A stretch of 64,000 nucleotides of DNA, from the NCBI RefSeq assembly GCF_963921235.1, contig NC_086102.1, positions 27,218,001 through 27,282,000 on the forward strand, written 5' to 3'. The position numbers and the translations under genes were made by a program. This document shows positions 37,401-50,807 of this stretch, one piece after another. Each line of letters opens with the position of its first letter. Position 1 is the first letter of the stretch. The notes under the pieces were generated by a model that saw only the letters and a program-made list of their open reading frames with translations, did not search any database and was not told the DNA's origin. Source of the stretch: Mobula hypostoma (taxonomy: Eukaryota).

Positions 37401-38751
37401 CTTAAGCAATAATCTATCTTTAAATGTTTGTAATGTATTTCTTATGGTCGCTTTCCGAAGTCTGAGGAGAAGGATGCCGAGTGTGAGCTGTATGTGTGGT
37501 TGGTGGTTTGTCTGGGAAGCTGCAGTAACCCTGTGTTCATTCCATAACACGATGCATCCATCAGTGTTACAGCCATGGATGCAAATGTGTCTTTATTTCA
37601 TTTGTCTTCATTATTGGATGAAAAGGTGAATGACTGATGTTGGGCACCGCATTTCCATGTTACTGGCCCAAAGATAATAATGCCTCCTCACTCATTAACA
37701 TTTTTTAAGATTATGGGGATGGGGTGATGTTGTAGGAAAAGATCTGATTGGCAAGTTCATTTTTATGCTCATCAAGAAATTGTATAAAGACAAAAAAAAG
37801 TATTGTTTTTAAACAAATCAATTAGCACAATACTTAGCACAATTTCTGGAGATGTTTTACTTTTACGTAATCTTTTCTTGCTCTGGTCTGTAGATTATGG
37901 TCAGTTTATCTTCTGCATCAACGAGGATGCCTGTAACTGTAATAACGGAAGTTTAGTAATAAATAGCTAGTGTTTGACTTGCTGCTATCCTTGCAGCGTA
38001 AGTACTCCATTACATTAATGAGGGAGTGTGTTTCAGTTAAGAGAAAATCTTTGGGATGAAAAATTTGGCTGTTTACTTGCATGTTTTTCATGTAGCATTG
38101 AGGTATGCATAAGGACAATTCTCAGACCCAGCTTTTGGAGGTGAAGCTCCAACTCATTGACCTGTTCAATAAAGCATGAGATGAAGGGCCTTGTGTACAG
38201 ACACTCCTGTATGTAGTGTCATTTTATGGACACACTTAGTTTATGCATATAAGCTATCTTGTGTATTTGTATTTATTGTGTTTTTTTTATTGTGTTCTTC
38301 ATATTTTTTGGTTGCTGTATTGGATCTGGAGTAGCAATTATCTTGTTCTCTTTTACACCTGTGTACTGAAAATGACATTAAACAATTTTGAGTCTTGTAT
38401 TCAGCATTTGCAAAGCAAAGGTGCACAACCTAACTATCCCAAAATAGAACTTCCGGTGGTACTAAAGCTGTCTTCTGTACCATGTATGGAACAAATTATA
38501 GCTCTTTCATATGAGTGGAATGTGTTCAAGTCATTCTCAATACTAAGGGCTGCTTCAGAAGAAATGGTATGAAAGCAGTACTGCTGAAGAGAGTGGCTAA
38601 CGCAAAGAATATAGAAGACAGTTTCAAACATCTTGGCCTTAATGTGGGATTGTTTCTTAACTTTGTTCTTCAAGCAAGTTTGATCCAGAATTTAGAATGT
38701 GACATCTTGAAAAGGGTGGAAGGGGATAGAACAAATATACTGTAGTTCCTC

Positions 38752-38968
38752 AACACACATCAAATTTGCTGGTGAACACAGCAGGCCAGGCAGCATCTCT
38801 AGGAAGAAGTACAGTCGGCATTTCAGGCCGAGACCCAGGTTTCGGGTCTCAGCCTGAAACGTCGACTGTACCTCTTCCTAGAGATGCTGCCTGGCCTGCT
38901 GTGTTCACCAGCAACTTTGATGTATGTTGCTTGAATTTCCAGCATCTGCAGAATTCCTTGTGTTTGCG
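38752..38968. mobile_element. Palindromic PLE terminal-repeat insertion
   Basis: Inverted arms meeting at the hammerhead stem II. TSD TACTGTAGTTCCTCA. Confidence 0.8.
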
Positions 38969-41149
38969 TACTGTAGTTCCTCAATTTTATGACATGTCTT
39001 CTCACTATGAATGAACAATATGAAAGTTGCTCCATCAGTAATGTGAATCTAATATGGAGAAGTGCCTTTTGTAGTGGCAAAGGTTAAAAGTGTGTTTATT
39101 ATCAAAGCATATATGTAGTGTACAACCCTGAGATTTGTCTTCAACCTTCAGTCCAAAGTTTCAAAATTGAGTTTTGAGATGTATTTCCTTCATTAGAAAA
39201 AAAAATGTAGAATTAGTTGCAGTTTATTTAAGAAAAAAAATAACTCTTATCCAATATTTTCTGAAGCTTGCTGCTGCTTCTCAGTGGCTTGTTAAGAGCT
39301 CACTCTGTAGTTAAATATAAAACCAAATATTACAGCATTTTGAGTTCAGTTAAAAGAAGCACAAATTTCAAACAGAAATATATAAATTTCAGTGTAAGCC
39401 ATTAGTAAAAAGCAATGTTATGTACTTTAGAATTTGAATCAAATTGAAAGACCACAGGAATTTCTTTGCATTTATTAACGTTCATGTATTTGTTTCTTTC
39501 TCTGTTAGATGATTTGTGAAACCTTGCACTTACAAAGAGTTCCACTCTGTGTTGATTATTGCTCAGATTAGATGGGCTAAGGATCTACCTGGAATTCCCT
39601 GTGACTTCATAGAAGCTGTAATTGATCAGATTTGGCAATTTTTCGGGAAAGAGGTGGGTTATGGTAAGCCTGCAATCTCAGCTCCACCACTTGCTAAAAT
39701 TAAATGCTTTATTTTTGTTTTTTTAAAAAATAAAGCAGACGGAATATTTTGGGCAGACAGCTGGGCAATCCTGTTTGTAAGAAAATCCCGTGCTTTGCTA
39801 CTGATCCCTCAAATGTTTCTCTCCAAGATTCCAGATTTAAGATTATTGACTGTAATTCCCAGTACACAATTGTAAAGAAGAACAAAATACTTGTTACTCT
39901 GGCTCCAATGCAACACAGAAAAAAGACCAATATGATAAGGAACACAATAATATAAAATGACAAAATAAATGTAAATGCATAATATGGCTTATATGCATAG
40001 ATTGTATATCCGTATAGTGTACTAGGCACAGGAATGTCTGTACATAAGGAGACTGACAGGAAATGATAAAATAGTGGTGGCTGTGGGTGTGGAGGGGTGG
40101 GTTAGTGGATGGAGGTGTTGATTAGCCTTACTGTTTAGGGAAAGCTCCAAAAACACATTCAACTTTTTTTTTAATGCCCCTTTTGTGCAGTCTTCTCTAT
40201 TTCATGACAATGGTGACCTTTAAAATACTTCCACCTGCCCTTTTATATCATGGAAGTTGGAGAAAAATTGGCATGGGCAAAAGCTGTAACCATGTATTTG
40301 GCTAAATTGGTAGCACCTATGTTTCTACATTAGAAGGTAAAAATTATGTATTCCAAACTATGGCTAAAATACAAACATTATTGATGTTCTGCAATACTGA
40401 CTAATAGTTGAACAATTGAATCTCTGATCATTCAAATGAGGTGTGACATAGATCTGTCTAATGCTAAGATGGATATAGTGGGGAAAATACTTGCGTTGAT
40501 CTGGAAGGTTATAAGAAGCCAGTAGGTGTTGAATCTATCTTGGGATTTTTGGAGAATTCCTACACTGGGCAATATGGATTTCTAAGCAGAGCATGGATAA
40601 GAAAGCAATTTTTGATGCTGTGATACCAAAAAAAATGTTTTCAATTTTTATGTGTATTTTTGGAATGGATTAATGAGAAGAGGCTTAACACCCAGAGCCA
40701 AATGTCAAGGGATAGCGTTCCGTTTTCATTGAGAATGCTCAGAGATTTCTGTTTTCATCTGTCAAAGAGCCAAGATGCCCTTTTGATAAATCCTTGGGAT
40801 TTTAATTGGTATTTGAAAACATATTTAATCACACATTAGTGAATTGGTGAAATGCTGTTTTACAGCATCCAAATATCTACTGGCACGAATCAGTGAAAAG
40901 TTTAGATTTACTCCTTGGGTGTACTGCATAACGGTATGAAACTTAGTGTTCATGCAAGAGGTATTCACACACATAATGCTGGAGAAACTCAGCAGGTCAG
41001 GCAGCATTATGAAAATGAATTCTGAAAAGGTATTCATATTTTATCTGTTATTTATAATCATCAGTGAAGAAACAAATGAACAAAAGATTAATTTTAAATT
41101 TGTTCATTTTTGCATGCCTACATATTTTGAAGAAGAAGTTTTTTAAAAA

Positions 41150-41880
41150 AAGTTCAAGTTCGAAGTAAATTTCATTATCAGAGTATATACACGTCACCAC
41201 ATACGACCCTGAGATTCTTTTTCTTGCGGGAATACTCAGCAAATCTATAGAACAGTAACTGTAAGCAGGATCAGTGAAAGAGCAAGAGCATAGAAGGTGA
41301 CAAACTGCAAATGTTAATGAATAAATAGCAGTAGAAAAAGAGAACATGAAATAACAAGATAGAGTCCTTAATTGAGATCATTGGTTATGAGAACATGTCA
41401 ATAGATGAGTGTAGTTTTCCTCTTTTGTTCAAGAGCTTGATGGTTGAGGGGTAGTAACTGTTTTTGAACCTAGTGGTGCAAGTCCTGAGGCATTTGTACC
41501 AGCAGTGAGAAAAGAGTATGGCTTGGGTGGTGAGGATCTTTGATGGATACTGCTGTCTTACAGCAGTGTTTCATGTAGATGTACTCAATGGTTGGGAGGG
41601 CTTTACCATGATGTACTGGGCCAAATCCACTACCTTTTGTAGGACTTTCCACTCAAAAGCATTGGTGTTCCCATACCAGGCCATAATGCAACCAGGCAAT
41701 ATACTTTCCACTACACATCGAGAGAAGTTTAAGGATTTTGATGACATGCGGAATCTCTGCAGAAGCCTAAAGAATAGAGGTGCTGTCGTGGTTTCTTTGC
41801 AATTACATTTATATGATGGGTCTAGGACAGGTCCTCTGCAATATTGACACTCAAGAATGACCCTTTCCACCTCTGATCAG
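41150..41880 (-). mobile_element. Rex1/Babar-type LINE 3' fragment
   Basis: RCVVESILPGCIMAWYGN remnant, homologous to 28756-29480. Confidence 0.8.
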
Positions 41881-44327
41881 CCAATGAGTTCCTCTAGCAT
41901 TTTGTGTGTGTTGCTTGGCATTCCCCAACATCTGTAGAGTCTCTAGGTCTGAGCTGTCTTCTAACAGGAAATGGGGGAATGAGGATGTCATTTGGCTCCT
42001 TGAGGTAACTGTAATGCAACTAGAGGAGATGAGCAACTTTGATAACTGTCCAAAAGGATTTGAAGATAGGCAAGTGATTTTCAAAATTGAGAGTCAAAGT
42101 ATTCTGTATTGAAGGTAATAGGTGAATGGAGTTTGACATTTGCAGCAGACTTTTGAGCAAGTTTACAGAGGGTAGAATGAGGGAGGCATTGGGAGTGCAT
42201 TGGAATAGTAAACAGTAGAGGTAATAAGTATAGACAAGCATTTTAGCAGCAGATGAGCTGACCAGCTACAAATATGATGTAACAACTGTGGAACTAAGTG
42301 GTCTTTCATTGGCACCAAGTATATGGGCTGAAGTCTTATTGTATGAGTAAATATACTAAGGGTGTAAATAGTCTCAAGTCGCTTCACACTGTCAGATAGA
42401 GACCGGGCTTAGGGACTTGTAGTTTTCCCTTTTCTAGGCTAATACTTGAAATTGGGAGGATTGTCTTATAAGGAAAGTAGACGTCATATTCTGCAACTAC
42501 TAGATTTTGGGGAGAGATGGGAATTGTCTGAAACTAAGATCCTGTGATCAGAACGAGTGATCTGTGATCTGTCCTGCTGAGGGGTCTCGGCCCAAAACAA
42601 CTGTACTTTTTTCCCATAGATGCTACCTGGCCTGCTGAGTTCCTCCAGCATTTTGTGTGTGTTGCTTGGATTTCCAGCATCTGCAGATTTTCTCTTGTTT
42701 GTGATCCTAACGAGTTGTCCATTTTGTTTCTTTGAGGTCGTGAGTCTTTGGAATTTTACTTTCATTCCTTTATTTTAGGAAGAGAGTCTTTCCGTATTTT
42801 AACAGAAAGGTTGATAGTGTCTTGGTAAGCAAGGGGATATATGGGTACTTGCATTAAATGAAATTGTGGTATTCAACTTGCAATCAATCACCCACGATCT
42901 CATCAAATAGTGCAGGAAACCCAAGGGTTCAGTTGCTCCTTTTTCGGATTTTTAGTTGAAGACCAATTTGCTGCAGTTAAGTTGTTTGTCTGACATATCT
43001 TGATGGTGGGAGAGTGGAGAGGTGGTGGTTAAAAATCATCAGCAAGCAGTTGGAAAATGCAGCTGTTCCCTGGTGTTGCCATGGGGTGGCATATAACTGA
43101 GAAGAGTGGTTTTCTTGAAGGGCAATTGGGTGTAAACATTGGAAGAGGTTAATTGCAGATATTTCTTTCACTACTGCCAGATAGATAATGGAGCCAGGTG
43201 ACTACAGGACTGTTGACTCACAGTTTCTGTTCAGGAAACTTAAGTTTCCTATGCTTGGAGTCAGGATTTATGTGCTCATAAATATATCTACATTAAAGGC
43301 ACATTTTTAAAAATTGTTTTATTTGTCTTGCACATGATGTTGATTTTTCATTTTCCCAAACCCATTCCCCAATCTGTGTTGAGAATGTTAAAAGTAGTTA
43401 TGGCTGAAGGAAAAGTGTTGGCCATTGTGAGCTGAACAAAGAAATTTCTTTTATGCAGGGGTCAGAATGCAGATATCCAGCCTTCTGTTGTATTCGAGGC
43501 TGAGATAGCTTTTAGCCTCAAGGGACATCGAGATAAGGGATTATTCAAATACATTGATTTTTATGAACTGCTGTGGTAGGAAAAACATGCCAAATGGTCT
43601 GTGCTTAACAATAATGTATATGTTGTTGCTTCCCCGGAACCGTGTACAAACTTTGATTATGTACATGAATCTCCTTATTAGTACAAAGTTTACACTTTTG
43701 CCTCTTTCTGATCTGAATAAATGATTTTTAAAAAATGCTGTTGAATAAGAACCAATATAAATCTAAAAGTCGCAGGTCTGAACAGGAAGTAGAGATTTCT
43801 GTGCACACCCTGCCCTTTGTTGCTACTTGTTGTGATTATTCATTTTTTCCTTATGCTGAAGAGTAACTTGAACATCTTCCAGAACTGGTTCAATAGACTG
43901 CATTATAGATGGTCATTGGGTGTTCATGACAGGATACATGAGGAAAGATGCAATCATGTTTTTAAAATAAGTGATTGGAATTATTACCTAATAGTTAGCA
44001 TTCTGATCTACCTCTTCCTTCTGCCCCCAATGAATTATTCTCAATATTTTTCAAAAAATTGTCCAGTACATTTTTTTAAACAATTTTTCCCCACACTTTT
44101 TCAATTTCTATGGTGCAAAACTCTTAGGCACGCTAGATTTTTTAATATGGTTTCAGATGGTGTGGTCTGCACAAAGCCCTGATCTCAACATTGAGGTTTG
44201 GGATTACCTGGAGAGACAGTAGCAAGTGAGTTAGCCAGAAGTCTGCTGAAGAACTGTGGCAAGTTCTCCAAGATGCTTAGAACAACCTTCCAGCCAATTT
44301 TCTTATAAAACTGCATGACAGTGTATC

Positions 44328-47300
44328 TAAGACCGGAAGACATAGGAGCAGAATTAGGGCATTCAAACCCTCAAGTCTGCTCCGCTACTTCATCATGGCA
44401 GATTCATTTCCCCCTCAACCCATTCTCCTGCCTTCTTCACGAAACCTTTTATGCCCTGACTAATCAAGAGCTTATTAACCTCTGCCTTAAATACACCCAA
44501 TGACTCAGCCTTCACAGCCACCTGTAGCAGCAAATTCCACAGAATCACCACCCTCCTGTTTAAAGAAATTTCTCCTCATCTCCATTCTAAATGAATGTTC
44601 CTCTTTTCTGAGGCTGTGCCCTCTGGTCCTAGACTCTCCACCATAAGACATATCCTCTCCACATCCACTCTTATCTAGGCCTTTCAGCATTTGATAGGTT
44701 TCAATAAAATACGCCCCCCCCCATCATTCTTCCAAATTCTAGCAAGTAAAGGCTGAGAGCCATCAGTTGCTCCTTGTACGATAAGCCTTTCATTTGCAGA
44801 ATCAATCTCGTGAACCTCCTCTGAACCCTCTCCAATTTCAGCACATCCTTTCTTAAATATGAGACCCAAAACTACTCACAATGCAGGTGTCCCCCGCTTT
44901 TCGAACGTTCGCTTTACGAAAACTCACTGTTACAAAAGACCTACATTAGTACCCTGTTTTTTGCTTTCAGAACGTGTTTTCACTGTTACAAAGAAGGGCA
45001 GCGCGCGATAAAAAATCAGTACGCAATAAAAGGCAGCGCGCGCCCCGAGCAGCTGCTCTCTCCTGGATTCGGAACGGCATTACTTAATCACGTTGCATTG
45101 AGCAGCCGTTAGCAAGATGAGTTCTAAGGTGTCGGAAAAGCCTGAAAGAGCTCGTAAGGGTGTTACACTTAGCGTAAAACTAGACATAAGCATTTCGATC
45201 GTGGTGAGCAAAGCAAGGACAAAGTTTGGCTTGTGGAAGCTGACGAAGATGATGTTGAAGAGGTTTTGGCATCCCATGACCAAGAACTGATAGATGGAGA
45301 GCTGATGCAATTGGAAGAGGAAAGGATAACAATCGAAACCAAATGCAGTAGCAAAAGTGAAGCAACTGCGTGAGATTTTCGCTGCAATGATAAAGTACGA
45401 CTTTAATTTTGAAAGGGTATGTCGGTTTAGGGGATATTTGCAGGATGGTTTGAGTTCTTACAAAGAACTGTATGATAGAAAAATGCGGGAGGCTCAGCAG
45501 TCAAGCAAGCCTTCCACATCAGCCACAGCAGACAACGAACCTCGACCTTTGACATCGAGGCGGGCAGTCATAGGAGAAGATGAGATGACACCCCTGTGTC
45601 CCACCACCCCAACCCCCGGGCCCCGGACAGATACTGTACCAATTCGCGGAGAATGCAGCGGTAGCCGGGAGGCACACAGCACATCTTTAAGAAAAAAGCT
45701 GAAATAAACATGCTAATTAATTAGGTGCTGCCTAGCTCGTAATTGTCGGCCCAGATCAGAGGCGATGCAATCGGCAATTGCCTCTGATCTGCGCCGACAT
45801 TTACGTGCCTTGCAGCACCTAATTAATTAGCATGTTTATTTCGGCTTTTTTCTTAAAGATGTGCTGTGTGCCTCCTGGCTACCGCTGTGTTCTTCGCGGC
45901 AATGTATCAGGTCGGCGGCCTGGAGGGTGGGGGCCACTGCGCCACCTCAACCTGCGACGACTCAGTCTAACACACCATCATCAGTGTGCTCGGCGCTGTT
46001 TTCCCAATTCCGGTAAGTGATACTACACTGTACATACATTATTTCTACTTTATATAGGCTGTGTATTTTTATGTGTTATCTGGTAGATTTGGCAGCTTCA
46101 TAGTTTAAAGGTTACTGGAGAGCGTATTTATGCCAACAGCGCTTGCGTGAGATTTTCTGCCGAGAGCGCGAGCGTGAGATTTTCGCTTCGGAGATCAGTG
46201 CAGGCAATCGTTGTAGAGAAGTATTTCTACTTTATATAGGCTGTGTATTTATCATATCATTCCTGCTTTTACTACATGTTACTGTTATTTTAGGTTTTAT
46301 GTGTTATTTGGCATGATTTGGTAGGTTATTTTTGGGTCTGCGAATGCTCACAAAATTTTCCCATATAAATAAATGGTAATTGCTTCTTCACTTCACGGCA
46401 TTCCGGCTTACGAACCGTTTCATAGGAACGCTCTACCTTCGGATGGCGGGGGAAACCTGTATTCCAAATGAGGCTTCACCAGTACATTATAAAGCCTCAG
46501 CATTATTTCCTTGCTTTTATATTCTAGTCCTTTCTAAATTAATGCTAACATTACATTTGCGTTCTTCACCACTAACTTAACCTGCAAATTAACTTTTAGG
46601 GAATCCTGCACAAGAACTCCCAAGTAACTTTGCATCTCAGAGTTTTGAATTTTTTTCCCCCATTTAGAAAATAGTCTGTGCTTTTATTTCTTCTGCCAAA
46701 GTGCATGACCATACGCTTCCCAAAACTGTATTCCATTTGCCACTTCTTTGCCCATTTTCCTATTTGTCCAACTCCTTCTGCAGCTTTCCTGCTTTCTCAA
46801 CGCTACCTGTCCCTCCACCTATCTTCGTATTGTCCACAAACTTGCCCACAAAGCCATCAATGCTGTCATTGAAATCATTAATGTGCAATGTAAAAAGAAG
46901 CACTTACAACACCAATTCCTGCAGAACACCGCTAGTTACTGGCAGCCAATCGGAAAAGTTACTTCTATTCCTGCTCTTTGTCTCCTGCCCATCAGCCAAT
47001 GCTCTATCCATGCTAGTATCTTTCCTGTACTACCATGGGACACTTGTCTTGTTAAGCAGCCTCGTGTGTGGCACCTTGTCAAAGGCCTTCTGAAAGTCCA
47101 AGTACAAAATTTCCACCAATTCTCCGTTGTCAATTCTGCTTGTTATTTCTTCAAAAAATTCCAACAGATTTGTCAGGCAGGATTTTCCCTTGAGGAAACC
47201 ATACTGTCTGCAGCCCATTTTATCATATGCCTCCAAGTATCTCGAGACCTCATCCTTAGTAATTGACTCCAACATCTTCCCAACTACTGAGGTCGGACTA

Positions 47301-47430
47301 ACTGGCCTATAATTTCCTTTCTTCTGCCTCCTTCCCTTCTTGAAGAGTGGAGTGACATTTGCAATTTTCCAGTCCTGAGGAATCATTCTAGAATCCAGTG
47401 ATTCTTGAAAGATCATTACTAATGCCTCCT
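44328..47430 (-). mobile_element. CR1 LINE ORF2 3' fragment, split by a Tigger element
   Basis: WKIANVTPLFKKG...YLDFQKAFDKVPH. CR1 3' end lies at 44330. TAAGA is shared at both junctions. Confidence 0.9.
44884..46459 (+). mobile_element. Non-autonomous Tigger/pogo-like transposon
   Basis: TIRs CAGGTGTCCCCCGCTTTTCGAA / TTCGGATGGCGGGGGAAACCTG, inserted at a TA (TG on the left) within the CR1 HLEYC codons. Remnants RKGVTLSVKLDI and EADEDDVEEVLASHDQEL. Confidence 0.8.
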
Positions 47431-47814
47431 TAAGAGAATTGATGCAGTTTTAAAGGCAAATTGAAATCATATTAAAGATAGATATTTAGGGTTTTTTTTA
47501 CTGCTCTTTATAGTACATCTTCTGTAATTTAGAAACTCCATTATTTTTGAAAGCATCTTAGCTTTACAGATTTTTTTTTCATATGCCTAAGACTGTTGCA
47601 CAGTACTGTATCAAGAGCAGAATACTTACAGTATGTAGGAGCTATGCAAATGATTTTCAAATTTAATTTGATTTGCTCTGAAAGCAATCATTTGATTAAA
47701 TATATCTAATTCAGTATTTTAAATCATTTTATATTAAAAAAAAGGAAAACATTTGTCTTCCATCTGAACATTTAGGATGTTACTAAATAACACAACTGCT
47801 GTTCTGGATCTTTT

Positions 47815-49462
47815 CAATGATTTCAAATTCCCTGGCCCCAGTTCCTATACAGTACACCTCCATCCCCCCCACCAGGTAGGCCTCAAAGCTCTCCGTTTCT
47901 TTCTGGACACCAGATGGCACCAGTACCCCTCCACCATTACTCTCCTCCGTCTAACAAAATGTCCTCACTCTTAATAATTTCTCATTTGGCTCCTCCCACT
48001 TCCTTCAATCAAAAGGCCTAGCCATGGGCACTCGCATGGGTCCCAGCTATGACTGCCTTTTTGTCTGCTACACAGAACAGTCCATGTTGCAAGCCTACAC
48101 CGGCATCCATCCTCCACTTTTCCTACACTAATCGACGTCTGCATTGGTGCAGTCTCCTGCACCCAAGCGGAGCACATCAACTTCATCAACTGCCCCCAAC
48201 TTCCACCCTGTCCTCATTCACCTGGTCCATTTCCAACACCTCCCTCCCCTTTCTTGATCTCACTGCCTCTATCTCTGGAGACAGCTTATCTACTGATGTC
48301 TATTATAAACCCACATACTCTCACAGCTACCCTGACTATACCTCGTCCCACCCTGTTACTTGTAAAAATGCCATCTCAATTCCGTCTCCACCACATCTGC
48401 TCTCAGGATGAGGCTTTTCATTCAAGAACAGAGGAGATGTCCTCCTTTTTCAAAGATGGGAGCTTCTCTTCCTCCACCATCAACGCTGCCCTCCATCACT
48501 ACGCTTCCATTTCACACACATCTGCCCTTACCCCATCCTCCCGCCACCCTGCCAGGGATAGGGTTCCTCTTGTCCTCACCTACCACCCCACTAGCCTCCG
48601 CGTCCAGAACATAATTCTCTGGAGCTTCTGCCATCTCCAACAGGATCCCACCACCAAGCACATCTTTCCCACCTCCTCCCCACTTTCTGCAGGCATCACT
48701 CTGTACGCGACTCCCTTGTTCATTTGTCCCTCCCCACTCCTGGCACTTGTCCTTGCAAGCAGAAGAAGTGCTGCACCTGCCCCTACACCTCTTCCCGTAC
48801 TACCATTCAGGGCCCCAAACACCTGTGAGTCAATTGGGGTCATCCATTGTGGCTTCCTGTATATTAGGGAGACCAAATATAGGTTGGGAGACCACTTCGT
48901 CGAGCACCTACTCTCTGTCTGCCAGAAGAAACAGGATCTCCCAGTGGCCACCGATTTTAATTCCACTTCCCATTCCAATATATCGAGAAGAAGCCACACT
49001 CAGGTTGGAGAAAAACTCATTGTATTCTCTCTGGGCAGCCACCAACCTGTTTGCATGAACATTGATTTCTTGAACTTCTGGTAATGTCCCCACCCCCTCA
49101 CCATTCCCCATCCCTTCCTCCCTCTCACCTTATCTCCTTGTCTCCCTATTGCCTCCTTCTGGTGCTCCTCCCTACCCCCCTTGTTTTTCTTCTATGTCCT
49201 TCTGTCTTCTATTAGTTTTCCCCCTTCTCCAGCCCTGTATCTCTTTCACCAATCAACTTCCCAGCTCTTTACTTCACCCCTCCCCCTCCTGGGTTCACCT
49301 ATCACCTTGTGTTTCTCTCTCCCCTTTCCCCACCTTTTAAATCTACTCATCTATTTTTCTCCAGTCCTGCCGAAGGGTCTTGGCCTGAAACGTCAACTGT
49401 ACTCTTTTCCATAGATGCTACCTGGCCTGCTGAGTTCCTCTAGTAATTTGCGTGTGTTGTTA
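47815..49462 (+). mobile_element. Decayed Penelope-like element: RT, GIY-YIG endonuclease and 3' terminal repeat
   Basis: GLAMGTRMGPSY, LPFLDL, TDVYYKPT (PLE RT). LYIRETKYRLGDHFVEHL ... LGSHQPVCMNIDF (GIY-YIG). Hammerhead-like motif at 49363-49398. Confidence 0.88.
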
Positions 49463-49601
49463 TAGCCAGCTCAGTTGTATTTGATTGGAAATGCTAGAGC
49501 TTTAGCATTAGGTCATGCACGCTGTTTTCATTTGTTTATCTGTTAGGCCATTGGAAAGATTATTTTATAAAAGTACAATGAGTTGCATGCTAGCTCAAGA
49601 A

Positions 49602-50445
49602 CAGTGGTCCCTAACCACCGGGCCACGGATTGGTACCGGGCCGCAAAGCGTGTGCTACTGGGCCGTGAGGAAACGATATGAGTCAGCTGCATCTTTCCTC
49701 ATTCCCTGTCATGCACTGTTGAACTTGAACATAGGGTTGCCAACTGTCCCGTATTTGCCAGGACATCCTGTATATTGGGCTAATTTGGTTTGTCCCATAT
49801 GGGACCGCCCTTGTCCCGTATTTCCCCCGCTAAGGTAGAGCATTCCTATGAAACCTTTCGTGCTGAAATGGTGTAAAGTGAAGAAGCAATTACCATTAAT
49901 TTACACGGGAAAAATTTTTGAGCGTTCCCAGACCCAAAAAATAACCTACCAAATAACACATAAAACCTAAAATAACTCTAACATATAGTAAAAGCAGGAA
50001 TGATATGATAAATACACAGCCTATATAAAGTTGAAATAATGTATGTACAGCATAGTCGGGAAGATTAAGCCAAAACCGATTTGTGGGGAAAAAAAACCGG
50101 CACGTACGTGCATGCGCACACAGATGCCCGCGCAAGGCTTCATGGTAATGGTAGTCCTTCTCGGGGTAAACACAAGTGTCCTGTCAACACACACAAAAAA
50201 TGCTGGTGAACGCAGCAGGCCAGGCAGCATCTATAGGGAGAGTTAACGTTTCGGGCCGGGACCCTTCATCAGGATTTGACAAAGGTCCCTTATTTGGGAG
50301 TGAGAAAGTTGGCAACCCTAACTGTAAAAGACATGTTGAGTTGAGTTTAACCCTACTTGATCACCCCCCCCTTCCAGTCACCGGTCCGCAAGGATATTGT
50401 CAATATTAAACCGGTCCGTGGTGCAAAAAATGTTGGGGACCCCTG
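49602..50445. mobile_element. Composite non-autonomous hAT element
   Basis: TIRs CAGTGGTCCCTAACC / GTTGGGGACCCCTG with flanks CTCAAGAA / CTGTAGAA. Inner TIR pair TAGGGTTGCCAAC (49732) / GTTGGCAACCCTA (50320). Confidence 0.8.
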
Positions 50446-50472
50446 CTGTAGAATATATAATGTAATAGTTGA

Positions 50473-50715
50473 GCAACACACATAAAAGTTGCTGGTGAAC
50501 GCAGCAGGCCAGGCAGCATCTCAAGGAAGAGGTGCAGTCGACGTTTCAGACCGAGACCTTTCGTCAGGACTAACGAAGAGTCGTGACGAAGGGTCTCGGC
50601 CTGAAACGTCGACTGCATCTCTTCCTACAGATGCTGCCTGGCCTGCTGCGTTCACCAGCAACTTTTATGTGTGTTGCTTGAATTTCCAGCATCTGCAGAA
50701 TTCCTGTTGTTTGCA
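50473..50715. mobile_element. Palindromic PLE terminal-repeat insertion
   Basis: Inverted arms with TSD ATGTAATAGTTGA. Hammerhead motifs at 50536-50571(-) and 50579-50614(+). Confidence 0.82.
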
Positions 50716-50807
50716 TGTAATAGTTGACTCCTTTTTCATTTGGCATTCTGGTTTGAAACACAGTATATACTAAAATGTTTTGCAATACATTTTGGGACAC
50801 TGTATAT

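Larger units (their letters stand above)
44109..47610 (+). mobile_element. Internally deleted Tc1-type transposon, interrupted by CR1
   Basis: TIR remnants GTGCAAAACTCTTAGGCA and TGCCTAAGACTGTTGCACAGTACTG|TA. Transposase tail WSAQSPDLNIEVWDYL (~44163) resumes as RIDAVLKA (~47435). Confidence 0.75.
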
